In this document: piece by piece, positions 18,251 to 26,687 of the stretch | Layout: every line of letters starts with the position of its first letter | Position numbering within the stretch: position 1 is the stretch's first letter | Assembly (NCBI RefSeq): GCF_049243625.1 | Contig: NZ_CP046975.1 | DNA length: 32,000 bases | From: Corynebacterium amycolatum | GTDB lineage: Bacteria; Actinomycetota; Actinomycetes; Mycobacteriales; Mycobacteriaceae | Direction: 5' to 3' (one strand) | The notes under the pieces: generated by a model | Seen by the model: the letters and a program-made list of their open reading frames with translations, nothing else | What the model was told of the DNA's origin: nothing | Databases searched by the model: none | Translations under genes and position numbers: made by a program

Positions 18251-19888
18251 CTAGCGCTTATCTCGGTACCACGTCAGCAGCGCATCGGTGGAAGTATCGC
18301 CAGAATCCGGTGCTACTTCACCAGTGACCGCAGGCAGCAGGTCACCGGCCTGCTGCTTGCCCAGCTCCACGCCCCACTGGTCGAAGGAGTTCAGGCCCCA
18401 GACAATGCCCTCGACGAAAGTGATGTGCTCGTAGAGTGCAATCAGCGCACCGACAGCGTCCGGGGTCAGTTCCTCGGCCATGATGGTCGTGGTCGGACGG
18501 TTACCCGGCATGACCTTGTGCTCTACGAGTTCCTCGGCAACGCCCTCTGCGCGAATTTCTTCTGCGGTCTTACCGAAGGCCAGCACCTTGGTCTGTGCGA
18601 AGAAGTTACTCATCAGTAGGTCGTGCATGGAACCTTCGCCAGATGCCGTCGGCAGATCCTGGCGTGGGCGGGCAAAGCCGATGAAGTCAGCCGGAACCAG
18701 GCGAGTTCCCTGGTGAAGGAGCTGGAAGAAAGCGTGCTGGCCGTTCGTTCCCGGCTCACCCCAGAAGATTTCTCCGGTGTTGTAGTCCACCCTCTTGCCG
18801 TCGGTACGCACGGACTTACCGTTCGATTCCATGGTGAGCTGCTGAAGGTACGCCGGGAAGCGAGAGAGATCCTCGGAGTAGGGCAGCACGGCATGCGACT
18901 GAGCGTCGAGGAAGTTCGAGTACCAAACATTCAGCATGCCCATCAGCACCGGCACGTTCTGCTCCAGCGGAGCGTTGAGGAAGTGCTCATCCATTGCGCG
19001 GAAGCCCTGCAGGAAGCGCATGAAGTCCATCGGACCAACGACGGCCATGATGGACAGGCCGATGGCGGAGTCGACGGAGTAGCGGCCGCCGACCCAGTCC
19101 CAGAAGCCAAACATGTTCTCAGTGTCGATGCCGAATTCGGCGACCTTTTCGGCATTCGTGGAAACGGCAACGAAGTGCTTGGCGACGGCTTCTTCGCTAC
19201 CCAGCTGCTGGATAAGCCAGCGGCGAGCTGCGTGAGCGTTGGAGAGCGTCTCCTGCGTGGTGAAGGTCTTGGAAGCGACGATAAACAGCGTGGACTCCGG
19301 ATCGACCTCATCCAGAACTGCCTGCAGATCAGACGGGTCAACGTTAGAGACAAAGCGGGCATCAATGCCGGCAGTGGCGTAGGTGCGCAGCGCCTTGGTC
19401 ACCATTGCCGGGCCCAAGTCGGAGCCACCGATGCCGATGTTGACCACAGTCTTAATAGTGTGACCCGTGTATCCCAGCCAGTCTCCACTGCGGAGGCTGC
19501 GAGCGAAATCGCGCATGCGGCCGAGCACCTCATGCACGTCGGCAGCGACATCCTGGTCACCGACGGTCAGATTTTCCTCTGCTGGCAGGCGCAGCGCGGT
19601 GTGCAGCACGGAGCGGTTTTCAGTGGTGTTGATCTTGTCACCGCGGAACATCTTCTCGCGTGCTTCTTCGATGCCAGCTGCACGAGCGAGCTCAACCAGC
19701 TCGGCAAAACCGTCGAGGCACATCAAGTTCTTGGAAAGGTCAACGTGGAGAGTGCCCGCATCGAAAGTCAGCTTCTCAGTGCGGCCATCTTCATTGGCGA
19801 AAAGCTCACGCAGCGAGGTGGCGCGAACATTGTCCACGCGCTTAGCTAGCTGAGCCCACTGTTCGGTTGCGGTGATATCTACAGTCAT
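18251..19888 (-). CDS. pgi: Glucose-6-phosphate isomerase
   Basis: ...[15 protein letters not shown]..., ...[13 protein letters not shown]..., ...TMESNGKSV..., ...[16 protein letters not shown]... Start trimmed to ATG 19888 ([11 protein letters not shown]...), with GGGAGCAGGA upstream. Confidence 0.95.
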   Translation of the reverse strand: MTVDITATEQWAQLAKRVDNVRATSLRELFANEDGRTEKLTFDAGTLHVDLSKNLMCLDGFAELVELARAAGIEEAREKMFRGDKINTTENRSVLHTALRLPAEENLTVGDQDVAADVHEVLGRMRDFARSLRSGDWLGYTGHTIKTVVNIGIGGSDLGPAMVTKALRTYATAGIDARFVSNVDPSDLQAVLDEVDPESTLFIVASKTFTTQETLSNAHAARRWLIQQLGSEEAVAKHFVAVSTNAEKVAEFGIDTENMFGFWDWVGGRYSVDSAIGLSIMAVVGPMDFMRFLQGFRAMDEHFLNAPLEQNVPVLMGMLNVWYSNFLDAQSHAVLPYSEDLSRFPAYLQQLTMESNGKSVRTDGKRVDYNTGEIFWGEPGTNGQHAFFQLLHQGTRLVPADFIGFARPRQDLPTASGEGSMHDLLMSNFFAQTKVLAFGKTAEEIRAEGVAEELVEHKVMPGNRPTTTIMAEELTPDAVGALIALYEHITFVEGIVWGLNSFDQWGVELGKQQAGDLLPAVTGEVAPDSGDTSTDALLTWYRDKR

Positions 19889-20112
19889 TCCTGCTCCCAG
19901 GTAATTTTTGACGAAATGCACTTTATACCTCCCCAGACTAGTTACGTTTTGGCGCTCTCGCCGGGCGGCAGGATTCGACCAGGCGTGACCGCAATCTGCC
20001 AGCAACTCGATTCCGCGGTGCCTATGCTTCGCCTATGCACCGACCATCCGTCGACTATCCGCCATCTACGAGCCCCTAGCCCGCTTCAGCAAAGGCACCT
20101 ACCCTGGAAAAT

Positions 20113-21594
20113 ATGACTGATTTCACCCCTGATTACGACAACATCCTCAAAGACGTCCCCACAGGCCTTCTCCTCGGCGGCGAGTTCCGTCCCGCGTCGA
20201 ATGGCGAGACCTTCGATGTCATTAATCCCGCCACCGATAAACCGCTGGTCAAGGTCGCATCTGCCACCGAAGAGGACGCTCAGCGGGCGCTTGACAACGC
20301 CGTCGCAGCCCAGAAGGAGTGGAAGGTAACCTCGCCCCGCAAGCGCAGCGAGATTCTGTACCGCGCTTTTGAACTCATCCGTCGGGATGCAGACAAGTTG
20401 GCCCAGCTGCAGTCCCTGGAGATGGGCCGTGCGTTGCCGGATTCCAAGGCTGAGGTCGGCTACGGTGGCGAGTTTTTTCGTTGGTTCGCTGAGGAGGCCG
20501 TGCGTATCTCCGGCGATTACCGAATTTCTCCGAGCGGGACCTCGCGCGTCGCGGTGATTAAGCAGCCGGTCGGCCCGGTTTTGGCTATTACGCCGTGGAA
20601 TTTCCCACTGGCTATGGGTACTCGCAAGATCGCCCCGGCACTCGCCGCCGGCTGCCCGGTCATTATTAAGCCCGCGTCCAAAACTCCTCTGACCATGCTC
20701 TACCTGGGCAAACTGCTTACCGAGGCCGGCGTCCCCGCAGGCGTGATCTCCGTGCTGCCAACAGGACACTCAGCCAACGTTTCGGCCCTCCTTTCCGATG
20801 ACCGCCTGCGCAAGTTCACTTTCACCGGTTCCACCGAAGTTGGCCAGATGCTCGCCGCGAAGGCCGCGGAAACCTCGATGAAGGTCTCCCTTGAACTCGG
20901 CGGAAATGCACCGTTTGTCATTCTCTCTGATGGCGATGTCGATAAGGCTGTGCAGGCAGTCAGTGACGCCAAGCTCCGCAATGGCGGCCAGGTGTGTATC
21001 GCCCCGAATCGCTTTATTGTTCATGAATCCAAGAAGGATGCGTTCGTCGAGGGCGTCGTCAAGCGTTTTGCGGAGCTGAAGTTGGGCGAGGGCACCGACC
21101 CTGCGACGGACCTTGGGCCACTCGCGCTGCGCGATCAACAGGAAAAGGTTCGTGATCTGGTTGACGATGCGGTCAAGCGCGGTGCGAAGGTCGAGTGCGG
21201 CGGCAAGATTCCAGATCTCGGCGGCGCGCTTTCCGACGGCTACTTTTTCGAGCCCACAGTTCTGACCGATGTGCCCGAGGATGCGGATATTGTCCGCGAA
21301 GAGATTTTCGGTCCGGTGGTTGCGGTGACGACCTTCACGGACGATGACCGGGCGATTGAGCAGGCAAATGACACCATCTTTGGTTTGGCTGCATATGTGT
21401 TCAGTGAGAATCTGACCAAGGCGCTCGGTGCGGCAGAGGCAGTGGAGTCCGGCATGGTTGCGGTCAATAAGGGCTCGCTGTCGGACCCGTCGGCGCCGTT
21501 CGGTGGTGTCAAGCAGTCCGGCCTTGGACGTGAGGGCGGCTTCACCGGTATCGATGAGTTCCTAGAGGAAAAGCTGATTTCCCTGGAAGGCTAG
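20113..21594 (+). CDS. NAD(P)+-dependent aldehyde dehydrogenase, succinate-semialdehyde dehydrogenase-like
   Basis: ...FDVINPATDKPL..., ...AITPWNFPL..., Glu motif LELGGNAP, catalytic Cys GQVCIAPNR, ...EEIFGPV... Substrate is inferred only from overall resemblance to the GabD type. Confidence 0.85.
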   Translation: MTDFTPDYDNILKDVPTGLLLGGEFRPASNGETFDVINPATDKPLVKVASATEEDAQRALDNAVAAQKEWKVTSPRKRSEILYRAFELIRRDADKLAQLQSLEMGRALPDSKAEVGYGGEFFRWFAEEAVRISGDYRISPSGTSRVAVIKQPVGPVLAITPWNFPLAMGTRKIAPALAAGCPVIIKPASKTPLTMLYLGKLLTEAGVPAGVISVLPTGHSANVSALLSDDRLRKFTFTGSTEVGQMLAAKAAETSMKVSLELGGNAPFVILSDGDVDKAVQAVSDAKLRNGGQVCIAPNRFIVHESKKDAFVEGVVKRFAELKLGEGTDPATDLGPLALRDQQEKVRDLVDDAVKRGAKVECGGKIPDLGGALSDGYFFEPTVLTDVPEDADIVREEIFGPVVAVTTFTDDDRAIEQANDTIFGLAAYVFSENLTKALGAAEAVESGMVAVNKGSLSDPSAPFGGVKQSGLGREGGFTGIDEFLEEKLISLEG

Positions 21595-21616
21595 CCGGAC
21601 AGGTAGTTGGCGAGGG

Positions 21617-21991
21617 TTAGCCCAGGCGACCGCGTCCCATGCGCAGCAGAGCCGATGCGATCGCTGGGCCCTCTGGGCCAAGGGCGTCACGGAACTCGTT
21701 GATGATCTGCACCTCTCGGCCGTGCACGAGACGCGTGCCGCCAGATCCCAGGCGGGTTTTGCCGACGGCCTTACTGATTGCGGTGCGGCGTTGAATGGCA
21801 TCGATAATCAGCCCGTCAAGGCGGTTGATTTCCTTGCGGTACTGTTCGATCTCCGCGGAGCTCAACGGGTCATCGGTGCCGGTGGGGGTGCGGACTTCAA
21901 AAGGGGATACTGCCGCAGCCTGTTGGCTGTGCTCAGCGCCGTTGGTGTTGTCGGTGTGTGCGGCGGGAGTGTCCGCAGGGTTTTCGCTCAT
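21617..21991 (-). CDS. AroQ-class chorismate mutase (intracellular MtCM/Rv0948c type) with a ~40-aa disordered N-terminal extension
   Basis: ...IEQYRKEINRLDGLIIDAIQRRTAISKAVGKTR...LVHGREVQIINEF... C-terminal ...LLRMGRGRLG tail is like the RGRLG tail of the mycobacterial enzyme (from memory). Confidence 0.8.
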   Translation of the reverse strand: MSENPADTPAAHTDNTNGAEHSQQAAAVSPFEVRTPTGTDDPLSSAEIEQYRKEINRLDGLIIDAIQRRTAISKAVGKTRLGSGGTRLVHGREVQIINEFRDALGPEGPAIASALLRMGRGRLG

Positions 21992-22056
21992 AGTTCTTAT
22001 TGTGCCAAAGGATTCGAACAGTCCAATCCGGGGGCTCGGCTACTGTAGTAGCCATC

Positions 22057-24756
22057 ATGGGAAATGAAACTGGAATGTTGTTCGGGTCCTTCAATGCTGA
22101 CGATGGCCGTCGTGGTGATAGCCATGGTGGTTCGAACCACGGTGAGTCGGGCGGTGCTACGCCTGGCCGTGGTGGGTTCGGCCACTTCGCCGGCGCTGGT
22201 AGCAATAGCGCGCCGAGTGGCGCTGCCAGCTTTGGCGGCGGTTTTGGCGGTGGCTTCGAGCCCAGTTTTGATTCAGAGTCGCTGTTAGAGGGGCTTAATC
22301 CGCAGCAGCGCCAAGCAGTGGAGCACATTGGCTCACCACTGTTGATTGTGGCTGGAGCGGGTTCGGGAAAGACGTCTGTGCTGACGCGCCGGATTGCATA
22401 CCTGATTGGCGCGCGTGGGGTCCTGCCAAGTCAAATTTTGGCTATTACTTTTACCAATAAGGCCGCAGCCGAGATGCGCGAGCGTGTGGCTGGTCTGGTT
22501 GGTGACCAGGCGCAGCGTATGTGGGTGTCCACGTTCCACTCCATGTGTGTGCGCATCCTGCGCATGCAGCATGCGCTAGTACCGGGGCTTAATTCCAATT
22601 TCTCTATTTATGATTCGGACGACTCCCGGCGTTTGCTGTCCATGATTGCTAAGGACATGGACCTGGATGCCAAGAAGTTCACCGGCCGCGTGCTCTCGTC
22701 GCGTATCTCCAATCTCAAGAATGAATTGATTGACCCGGAGAAGGCCATCGCGGATGCCTCGACGACGCGCAATCCTTTTGATGACGTCGTTGCACGAGTT
22801 TACCTGGAGTACCAGACCAGGCTGCGGGCGGCTAATGCCGTGGACTTTGACGATCTAATCGGTGAGGTCGTTCGGATCTTCACCAATCACCCGCAGGTTG
22901 CAGAGTATTACCGTCGCCGCTTCCGGCATGTGTTGGTGGATGAGTACCAGGACACCAACCATGCGCAGTATGTTTTGGTCTCGACGCTCGTCGGCAAACC
23001 CGGTGGAGATGTGCCTCCGAGTGAGCTGTGTGTGGTGGGCGATTCGGACCAGTCCATTTATGCCTTCCGTGGTGCGACTATTCGAAATATTGAAGAGTTT
23101 GAAAAGGACTATCCCGAGGCCACGTCGATTCTGCTGGAGCAAAACTATCGCTCGACGCAGACGATTCTGTCGGCGGCCAATGCGTTGATTGCGCGGAATG
23201 AGAATCGCCGGGAGAAGAAGCTGTGGACCGATCTCGGTGAGGGCGGCAAGATCAAGGGCTACGTGGCGGACAATGAGCACGATGAAGCTCGGTTTATCGC
23301 TAACGAGATTGAGCAATTGGTCGACTACGGGCCGTACTCGTATTCGGATGTGGCGATTTTCTACCGCACCAATAATTCCTCCCGTGCGCTAGAGGATGTC
23401 TTCATTCGTATGGGCGTGCCGTACACGGTGGTTGGTGGCACCAGGTTTTATGAGCGTAAGGAAGTACGCGATATTGTCGCCTACCTGCGCGTTATCGAGA
23501 ACTTCGACGATGATGTTTCGCTGCGTCGCATTATCAATACGCCGCGCCGCGGAATCGGTGACCGTGCGGTGGCGCATGTGTCTCTCTATGCCGAGGACGA
23601 GAGATGCTCGTTCGGCACGGCGCTACGTGCCGTAGCGGAGGGCAAGGTTCCGGCGGTGGCGGCGCGGAGTCGAAACGCGATGGCGGCGTTCGTCGAGATG
23701 ATTGATGGCTTGGCGGCGGATATGGCATCCGGTGAGCTGGCCGATATCGGTGATCTGGTCAACGCGATTATTGATCGCAGTGGGTACAAGTCGGAGCTCG
23801 AGCGCTCCAATGATCCGCAAGATGCCACGCGACTGGACAACCTCAATGAGCTCGTCAGCGTTGCGCGGGAGTTCTCTGCAGAGGCGCGGATGATGGCGTC
23901 GGTGGATATTAGCGCTGATGTAAATGAAGGCTCTGGCGCTGCAACTGATGCTGAAAGCGGTGCTGATACTAGTGGCGAGTCCGAGGTGGAATCTGGAATC
24001 GCGAATGACCTCGCGCGTGATTTCACGGCCGACTTCGACAACGATGGGGAAGCGGAGCCGGGAAGTCTGCAGGCATTCCTCGAGCGAGTTTCTCTGGTCG
24101 CGGATGCGGACCAGATTCCGGATGATGACACCGGTGTAGTGACGTTGATGACGCTACATACGGCCAAGGGCCTGGAGTTTCCGGTGGTATTTCTCATTGG
24201 TTGGGAAGACGGACTGTTCCCGCACCTGCGCGCCCTAGGCGATCCGAAGGAGCTGGCCGAAGAGCGACGTCTGGCCTATGTGGGTATTACCCGAGCTCGC
24301 AAGCAGCTGTATCTCACGCGCGCTGTGACTCGGTCCTCGTGGGGTTCGCCGCAGAATAATCCGCCCTCACGTTTTCTGGGGGAAGTCCCAAGCGACCTGA
24401 TTGATTGGCTGCGCGAGGCTCCGGCTCGAAGCTGGGGCTCCGGTTCTGGTGGTTTCGGCTCTGGAGGCTACGGCGCAGGCAGCGCGTTTGGTCGTGGCCA
24501 TGGTGCCTCGTCGGGCTTCGGTTCCAGCTCGGGCTTCGGCTCTGGTGGATCCTCTAACTCTGGTGCGTCATCCCGAAAGAAGAATCAGGTCTTGCACCTA
24601 GAGCCCGGTGACAAGGTTGTTCACGACAAGTACGGCTTAGGCACTGTGCTTGAGGTCCAAGGGGCCGCGCCCCGGGCAACTGCGATGATTGACTTTGGAT
24701 CCGCAGGTAAGGTCCGCATGATGCTTATCGGCGGCGTGCCCATGGAGAAGTTGTAA
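22057..24756 (+). CDS. pcrA: ATP-dependent DNA helicase PcrA/UvrD1 (SF1) with Gly-rich N-terminal and C-terminal low-complexity regions
   Basis: ...LLEGLNPQQRQAVEH...LLIVAGAGSGKT (Walker A), VLVDEYQDTN (motif II), ...QNYRST..., ...TLHTAKGLEFPVVFL..., ...YVGITRAR... C-terminal Tudor-like ...GDKVVHDKYGLGTVLEV... The start is ATG 22057 or ATG 22075. No in-frame start codon exists closer to the helicase core. Confidence 0.92.
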   Translation: MGNETGMLFGSFNADDGRRGDSHGGSNHGESGGATPGRGGFGHFAGAGSNSAPSGAASFGGGFGGGFEPSFDSESLLEGLNPQQRQAVEHIGSPLLIVAGAGSGKTSVLTRRIAYLIGARGVLPSQILAITFTNKAAAEMRERVAGLVGDQAQRMWVSTFHSMCVRILRMQHALVPGLNSNFSIYDSDDSRRLLSMIAKDMDLDAKKFTGRVLSSRISNLKNELIDPEKAIADASTTRNPFDDVVARVYLEYQTRLRAANAVDFDDLIGEVVRIFTNHPQVAEYYRRRFRHVLVDEYQDTNHAQYVLVSTLVGKPGGDVPPSELCVVGDSDQSIYAFRGATIRNIEEFEKDYPEATSILLEQNYRSTQTILSAANALIARNENRREKKLWTDLGEGGKIKGYVADNEHDEARFIANEIEQLVDYGPYSYSDVAIFYRTNNSSRALEDVFIRMGVPYTVVGGTRFYERKEVRDIVAYLRVIENFDDDVSLRRIINTPRRGIGDRAVAHVSLYAEDERCSFGTALRAVAEGKVPAVAARSRNAMAAFVEMIDGLAADMASGELADIGDLVNAIIDRSGYKSELERSNDPQDATRLDNLNELVSVAREFSAEARMMASVDISADVNEGSGAATDAESGADTSGESEVESGIANDLARDFTADFDNDGEAEPGSLQAFLERVSLVADADQIPDDDTGVVTLMTLHTAKGLEFPVVFLIGWEDGLFPHLRALGDPKELAEERRLAYVGITRARKQLYLTRAVTRSSWGSPQNNPPSRFLGEVPSDLIDWLREAPARSWGSGSGGFGSGGYGAGSAFGRGHGASSGFGSSSGFGSGGSSNSGASSRKKNQVLHLEPGDKVVHDKYGLGTVLEVQGAAPRATAMIDFGSAGKVRMMLIGGVPMEKL

Positions 24757-24823
24757 AAGAACAACCACCGCCCGATTGGCCGTCCCTACCTGCGGCCGTG
24801 CACGTGCCACTATCGCGTGGAGG

Positions 24824-25315
24824 CTACTTAGGCTTCTTCGCCGTCACCCAGCAGTTGATGGTGGCATCTTGCACTTCGGTGCCGTTGGCATCGGTCAGCA
24901 CGATGTGGACGGGAAAATCTACCCCGCCAGTCTCCGGTGTGATGGTGGAGAAGTCCGGCAACTCAGCCTTGGCCACAGCCGTCAGGCCACCAACGGAGAT
25001 GCGCTTGTAGTTCGTCGTCATGCCCTTTGGAACCCAGCGATGCGTTGTCGGTACGCTGGCCTCACAGAGCATGCCCATCGCGAATTCAGCGAGGTTACAC
25101 GCAGCAATCGCATGCACGGACTTAATGTGATTACGCACGCCCCACCAAGCGGGCATGCGCGCTACCGCCAGTCCAGGCTGCATCGTCTCTAGCTTGGGGC
25201 AGATTGTGCGGAAATATGGCGCCGTCAATGCGGCGGTTAAGGAAAATAGACGCTTGCCGACGACCGGAGTCGCAGCCAACTTCTTCCACATGCGGAATGT
25301 TTGAGTCTCTGCCAT
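24824..25315 (-). CDS. Hotdog-fold protein (DUF4442 / PaaI-thioesterase-like)
   Basis: 163 aa: ...LETMQPGLAVARMPAWWGVRNHIKSVHAIAACNLAEFAMGML... This is the typical hotdog central helix context. Assignment is by eye only. Confidence 0.6.
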   Translation of the reverse strand: MAETQTFRMWKKLAATPVVGKRLFSLTAALTAPYFRTICPKLETMQPGLAVARMPAWWGVRNHIKSVHAIAACNLAEFAMGMLCEASVPTTHRWVPKGMTTNYKRISVGGLTAVAKAELPDFSTITPETGGVDFPVHIVLTDANGTEVQDATINCWVTAKKPK

Positions 25316-25467
25316 GTGTCAAGGGTAAAGCCCCAGTGCCGGCGGCGATGCCGGTTTCTGAAAAATTGATTAGACGAGGCTTTCAGCCACGGTCAAACAG
25401 GGGGCCGGTGCACAAGTAGGGCCTTCGTAGAGCGGCCAGGCCTGCTCGTGCCTGTGCCGATACCTGA

Positions 25468-26175
25468 TTAGTTCAGGCTCAGACCACGCTGGATGAACCA
25501 GGTCACCGGGTCGACCGGGGTGGTGCCATCCGGGTGAATCTCGAAGTGGAGGTGCGTACCGGTGGAGAAGCCGCGGTTACCCATACCGGCGATGACCTGG
25601 CCAGCTCGGACAGCTTCGCCGACAGCGACGTAGATGGACTCAATATGGCCGTAGACGGAAACAGAGCCGTCGTCATGGCGAACGCGGATCCACTGACCGT
25701 AGCCCTGAGCCGGGCCTGCATCGATAACAGTGCCGTCCATGACGGACATGATTGGGGTGTTGGTGACGTTAGCCAGGTCGACGCCGTAGTGGAAGGTTCC
25801 CCAGCGTGGACCGAACGGTGAGGTCAGCAGTCCCACAGTCGGGATGGAGAGCTTCGGAGCGCGGGCAGCCTGGTCGCGAGCAACGCGCTCCTGGTTGTAC
25901 TGCAACGCCGTAGCGAGGTGGTCGCTGAGGTTAGTGCTCGGATTGAAGGAGCTGGAGGCCAGCACCATCGGAGCATTGTTCTTCGGCTGAGCAGCGCGGG
26001 TCTGAGTCGAAGCTGAGTTCTCCGGAGCCTTATTCTCGGTCTCAGCTGCGTGGGCGACCGCGTTGGAAGAAGCAATCGTCGATGCGGACAGTGCGACCAG
26101 TGCTGCGCGAGAAGTTGCGGAAACCTCTACCTTGCGGTGCTTTCCGCCTCCGCGACGAGCATTGAAAAACGTCAC
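25468..26175 (-). CDS. Secreted M23-family metallo-endopeptidase
   Basis: HxxxD (FHYGVDLA) and HxH (THLHFEIH) zinc motifs. Start trimmed to GTG 26175, with an AGGGAG SD 6 nt upstream. N-terminus VTFFNARRGGGKHRKVEVSATSRAALVALSASTIASSNAVAHA looks like a signal peptide. Confidence 0.88.
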   Translation of the reverse strand: MTFFNARRGGGKHRKVEVSATSRAALVALSASTIASSNAVAHAAETENKAPENSASTQTRAAQPKNNAPMVLASSSFNPSTNLSDHLATALQYNQERVARDQAARAPKLSIPTVGLLTSPFGPRWGTFHYGVDLANVTNTPIMSVMDGTVIDAGPAQGYGQWIRVRHDDGSVSVYGHIESIYVAVGEAVRAGQVIAGMGNRGFSTGTHLHFEIHPDGTTPVDPVTWFIQRGLSLN

Positions 26176-26278
26176 TTCAATCTCCCTGCCAACGAAACTC
26201 TTTGTAACCCAACTGTTATCTAACTTCTGCGATAATAACGGTTCGATATAGGGCAAGCAACTCATATTTAGAGAACTT

Positions 26279-26311
26279 GTTCACTAATTTGTCAGTTTCA
26301 GTTCAATAGAG
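26279..26311. promoter_or_regulatory. Three direct pentamer repeats with exact 11-bp phasing, upstream of the M23 peptidase gene (candidate OmpR-family/MtrA-type site)
   Basis: GTTCActaatt / TGTCAgtttca / GTTCAatagag begin at 26279, 26290 and 26301. They lie in an AT-rich patch about 105-130 bp upstream of GTG 26175. Confidence 0.3.
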
Positions 26312-26687
26312 CCGTGCTGCGACCGTGGGGCTGTTGTCTTGTATCACGGATCCGGTGAAGCGCAACCGGTGTGTTGCCAGGGGATTTATGGCGGATGCCC
26401 CTTAATCGAGGGGGTGGGTAGGGAGGTCGGCAAGTAGTTTCCGGGTGAACTAAGGGTGTGGTAGCGGGGGTGACAAAAGGTAACCCATCGACGTTGACAA
26501 ATGGAAACCAACGGCGAAGCCACTTTGGGGGGGACAGCGGAGGAGGTCGGACTCAACGGATACCGTCCGTCCTGGGATCCGTACCTTCAAATTAGACTCT
26601 GCAATGCCTAAACAAAGAGGCGTTGTATGTATGGCACTATATGGCCATGGCTGTGACGCACCCTTGCGTGGCACCCTATCTATATAG

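Noticed and set aside
22014-22029. TCGAACAG, resembling half of an actinobacterial LexA SOS box (TCGAAC-N4-GTTCGA), upstream of pcrA.
   Set aside because: The second half-site is CAATCC, not GTTCGA, so only one half matches.
26408-26430. Possible G-quadruplex in GAGGGGGTGGGTAGGGAGGTCGG.
   Set aside because: Only three contiguous runs of three or more G are present; the fourth run is GG. It does not meet the canonical G3+N1-7 x4 definition. I kept it only as part of the broader G-rich leader observation.
26501-26611. 36-codon ORF (METNGEATLGGTAEEVGLNGYRPSWDPYLQIRLCNA) inside the M23/perM intergenic region. Also the 81-aa minus-strand ORF 26450..26695.
   Set aside because: There is no SD, no recognisable promoter spacing (TTGACA at 26494 has no matching -10 box) and no family resemblance. 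The codon usage is unremarkable. The region is better explained as non-coding leader or promoter DNA. The call could be revisited with Ribo-seq data.
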